Source of the DNA: Squalus acanthias
Lineage: Eukaryota
Assembly: GCA_030390025.1 (NCBI GenBank)
Contig: CM059432.1
Coordinates: forward strand, 16,370,001 to 16,434,000
Length of the DNA: 64,000 nucleotides
Direction of reading: 5' to 3'
In this document: positions 61,241-64,000 of the stretch, piece after piece
How the letters are laid out: each line of letters opens with the position of its first letter
Numbering within the stretch: the stretch's first letter is position 1
Program-made: the position numbers and the translations under genes
The notes under the pieces: model-generated
What the model saw: the letters and a program-made list of their open reading frames with translations, nothing else
Told to the model about the DNA's origin: nothing
Database searches by the model: none

Positions 61241-64000
61241 TATGGCAGGGGGCTAGAAACCTATGTAGTGAAATAGAGGAAAGTGAAAGGCAGACAGAAA
61301 TAAATGGTAAAAGAGTGAGGAACAAAAAACAAAGGGCCAAACTAAATCATAAAAAATGTGAGCATAAAAAAAGCCTGAGGGTTTTATACCTTAATGCGAG
61401 AAGCATCAGGAACAAGGTAGATGAATTAGCTGTGGAAATAGAGGTTAATAATTATGATCTAATTGGGATTACGGAAACATGGTTGCAGGGTGAGCAGGGC
61501 TGGGAGCTTAACATACAGGGGTATTCAGTATTTAGGAAGGATCGACAAAAAAGAAAGGGAGGAGGGGTAGCATTGCTGGTAAAAGAAGGGATAAATGCAA
61601 TTGAAAGGAAGGATATTAACTCAGTTAATACAGAATCTATATGGGTGGAGCTAAGAAATAGCGAGGGGCGAAAAACATTAATAGGAGTGGTATATAGGCC
61701 TCCAAATAGTAAAATAGAGGTTGGGGAGGGCATCACGAGGGAAATTAGAGAAGCGTGCAATAAGAGCACAGCTGTCATCATAGGTGACTTTAACTTACAT
61801 ATAGATTGGAATAGCCTAATCAGTAAAAATAATGAGGAGGAGGAATTCCTTGAGTGTTTAAGGGATGGTTATCTGGATCAATATGTCGAGGAACCAACTC
61901 GGGAACAGGCTATATTGGACTGGGTACTGTGCAATGAGAAGGGACTAATTAGTAATCTTGTTGTACGGGGACCCTTGGGTCAGAGCGATCATAACATGAT
62001 CGATTTCTCACTCGAAATGGAGAGCGAAGAAATTGACTCAGATACTAAGGTCCTGAATTTAAACAAGGGGAATTATGATGCCATTAGACGGGAACTGAGT
62101 AGGTCTGATTGGACAACGTTCCTGGGAGGACTGGAGGTAGATAAACAATGGCAAGCATTTAAAGATAGAATGACAAAATTGCAAAAATTGTTTATACCAA
62201 TCTGGCATAAAAGGAAATCTAAAAAGGTGACTCAACCGTGGATAACAGGGGAAATTAGAGACAGCATAAAATCCAAAGATAGGGCGTATAAAATAGCCAA
62301 AAAAAGCGCCAGAGCGGAAGATTGGGAACAGTTTAAGATAGAACAAAGGAGGACAAAGGGCTTAATCAAGAGGGGCAAAATAGCTTACGAAAGCAAGCTG
62401 GCGGAAAATATAAAAACTAACTCCAAAAGCTTTTATAAGTATATCAAGAGGAAAAGACTGGTGAAAACCAAAGTTGGCCCATTGCAGTCAGATACGGGGG
62501 AATATATAACGGGAAATAAGGAAATGGCAGACCAACTAAATGCATACTTTGGGTCAGTCTTTACGAAGGAAGACACAAAAAACCTCCCTGGGATATCGGG
62601 AAAAATAGGGACATTTGCAAAGGAGGAACTGACGCAAGTCAATATCTCTAAGGATATGGTGTTAAGGAAGCTAAAGGGATTGAAGGCGGACAAATCCCCA
62701 GGGCCTGATAACATGCATCCTAGGGTGCTGAAGGAGGTGGCCCTAGAGATAGCGGATGCACTAAGTATGATTTTTCAGAATTCATTAGACTCGGGAACAG
62801 TGCCCATGGATTGGAGGGTAGCTAACGTTACCCCACTATTCAAAAAGGGGGGTAGGCAAAAAGCAGGTAATTACAGACCTGTAAGCCTTACATCAGTTGT
62901 GGGCAAAATGCTGGAGTCCATCATTAAGGATGAAATAGCGGAGCACTTAGCAAATGGGGACAGGATAGGACAGAGTCAACATGGATTTACAAAGGGTAAA
63001 TCGTGCTTGACTAATCTATTGGAATTTTTTGAGGGAGTAACTGGTAAAATAGATGGGGGAGAGCCAGTAGATGTGGTGTACCTGGACTTCCAAAAGGCCT
63101 TCGATAAGGTCCCACATAAAAGATTAGCAGGGAAAATTGAAGCTCATGGGATAAAGGGGAAAGTATTGACGTGGATAGAGAACTGGCTGTCAGATAGAAA
63201 ACAGAGAGTTGGAATAAACGGCTCATTTTCTGAATGGCAGGCAGTAACAAGTGGGGTACCACAGGGATCTGTCCTGGGTCCCCAGCTGTTCACAATTTAC
63301 ATTAATGACCTGGATCAGGGAGTCGGATGCAGCATTTCCAAATTTGCAGACGACACTAAACTAGGAGGGGGGGTGGGCTCAGAGGAGGAGACCAGGAAGC
63401 TCCAGAGCGATTTGGACAGACTGGGTGATTGGGCGGATAAATGGCAGATGCACTATAATGTGGACAAGTGCGAAGTTATCCACCTTGGGTGCAGGAACGG
63501 GAGGGCAAATTATTATTTAAATGGCAATAAATTGGGAGAGGGGGAAGTACAGAGAGACCTGGGTGTTCTTGTACACCAGTCACTGAAGGCGAGCATGCAG
63601 GTGCAACAGGCGATCAAGAAGGCAAACGGTATGCTGGCCTTCATAGCAAAAGGGTTGGAATACAGGAACAGGGATACCTTGCTGCAGCTGTACAGGGCAC
63701 TGGTGAGACCACACCTCGAGTACTGTGTACAGTTTTGGTCGCCTCATCTGAGGAAAGATGTTCTTGCCATGGAGGGGGTGCAGCGGCGATTCACCAGGCT
63801 GATACCAGGAATGGCGGGATTGACCTATGAGGAGAGACTATGTAGTTTAGGGATGTACACACTGGAGTTTAGAAGATTGAGAGGGGACCTCATAGAAGTG
63901 TATAAAATTCTGACAGGTCTAGACAGACTAGATGCAGAAGGAATGTTTCCCTTGGCGGGTGAGAACAGAACTAGAGGACATAATTTAAGGATAAGGGCTA
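61231..64000 (+). CDS. CR1 ORF2 frame (partial), in the -1 frame relative to ORF1, lacking an initiating AUG
   Basis: Frame opens after TAA at 61213-61215 and reads FKLVWQG...SLRVLYLNARSIRNK...; the first ATG is at 61996 (SDHNM). Confidence 0.9.

Larger units (their letters stand above)
60250..64000 (+). mobile_element. CR1 LINE with intact ORF1 and an uninterrupted ORF2 running off the right edge
   Basis: ORF1 at 60293-61240. I read the ORF2 frame codon by codon from 61231 to 64000 and found no stop; all APE/RT motifs are present, including [10 protein letters not shown] and FADDTK. Confidence 0.95.

Noticed and set aside
61242..61256. ATG right after the ORF1 stop as the ORF2 start
   Set aside because: It is out of frame with ORF2 (MAGG*) and is GTG in the other copy.

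Overview
This is eukaryotic (vertebrate) genomic DNA. The repeat content (CR1 and L2 LINEs, tRNA-derived SINEs, Penelope-like and PIF/Harbinger-derived elements) suggests a cartilaginous fish; that assignment is inference. Two host genes lie head-to-head. On the minus strand are the first three coding exons of an Argonaute-2(-like) gene: ATG at 20851, a CpG-island promoter at about 21050-21400, and the rest of the gene continuing off the left edge. On the plus strand is a complete three-exon Ly6/uPAR three-finger GPI-anchored protein gene (34269-51960, 128 aa). The remainder is mostly transposable elements, plus two minisatellites. The most notable signal is in the two near-complete CR1 LINEs (28195-32028 and 60250 to the window end). 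In both, ORF1 ends on a U_UUA_AAC slippery heptamer followed directly by the stop codon, with ORF2 in the -1 frame. In the intact copy ORF2 has no in-frame AUG until after its endonuclease domain, which points to -1 programmed ribosomal frameshifting. Other items of note: a sense-oriented pre-miRNA-like hairpin in AGO2 intron 2, hammerhead-like Penelope remnants, self-nested palindromic MITEs and a templated inverted duplication. Transposon boundaries are approximate unless a TSD or TIR is cited.
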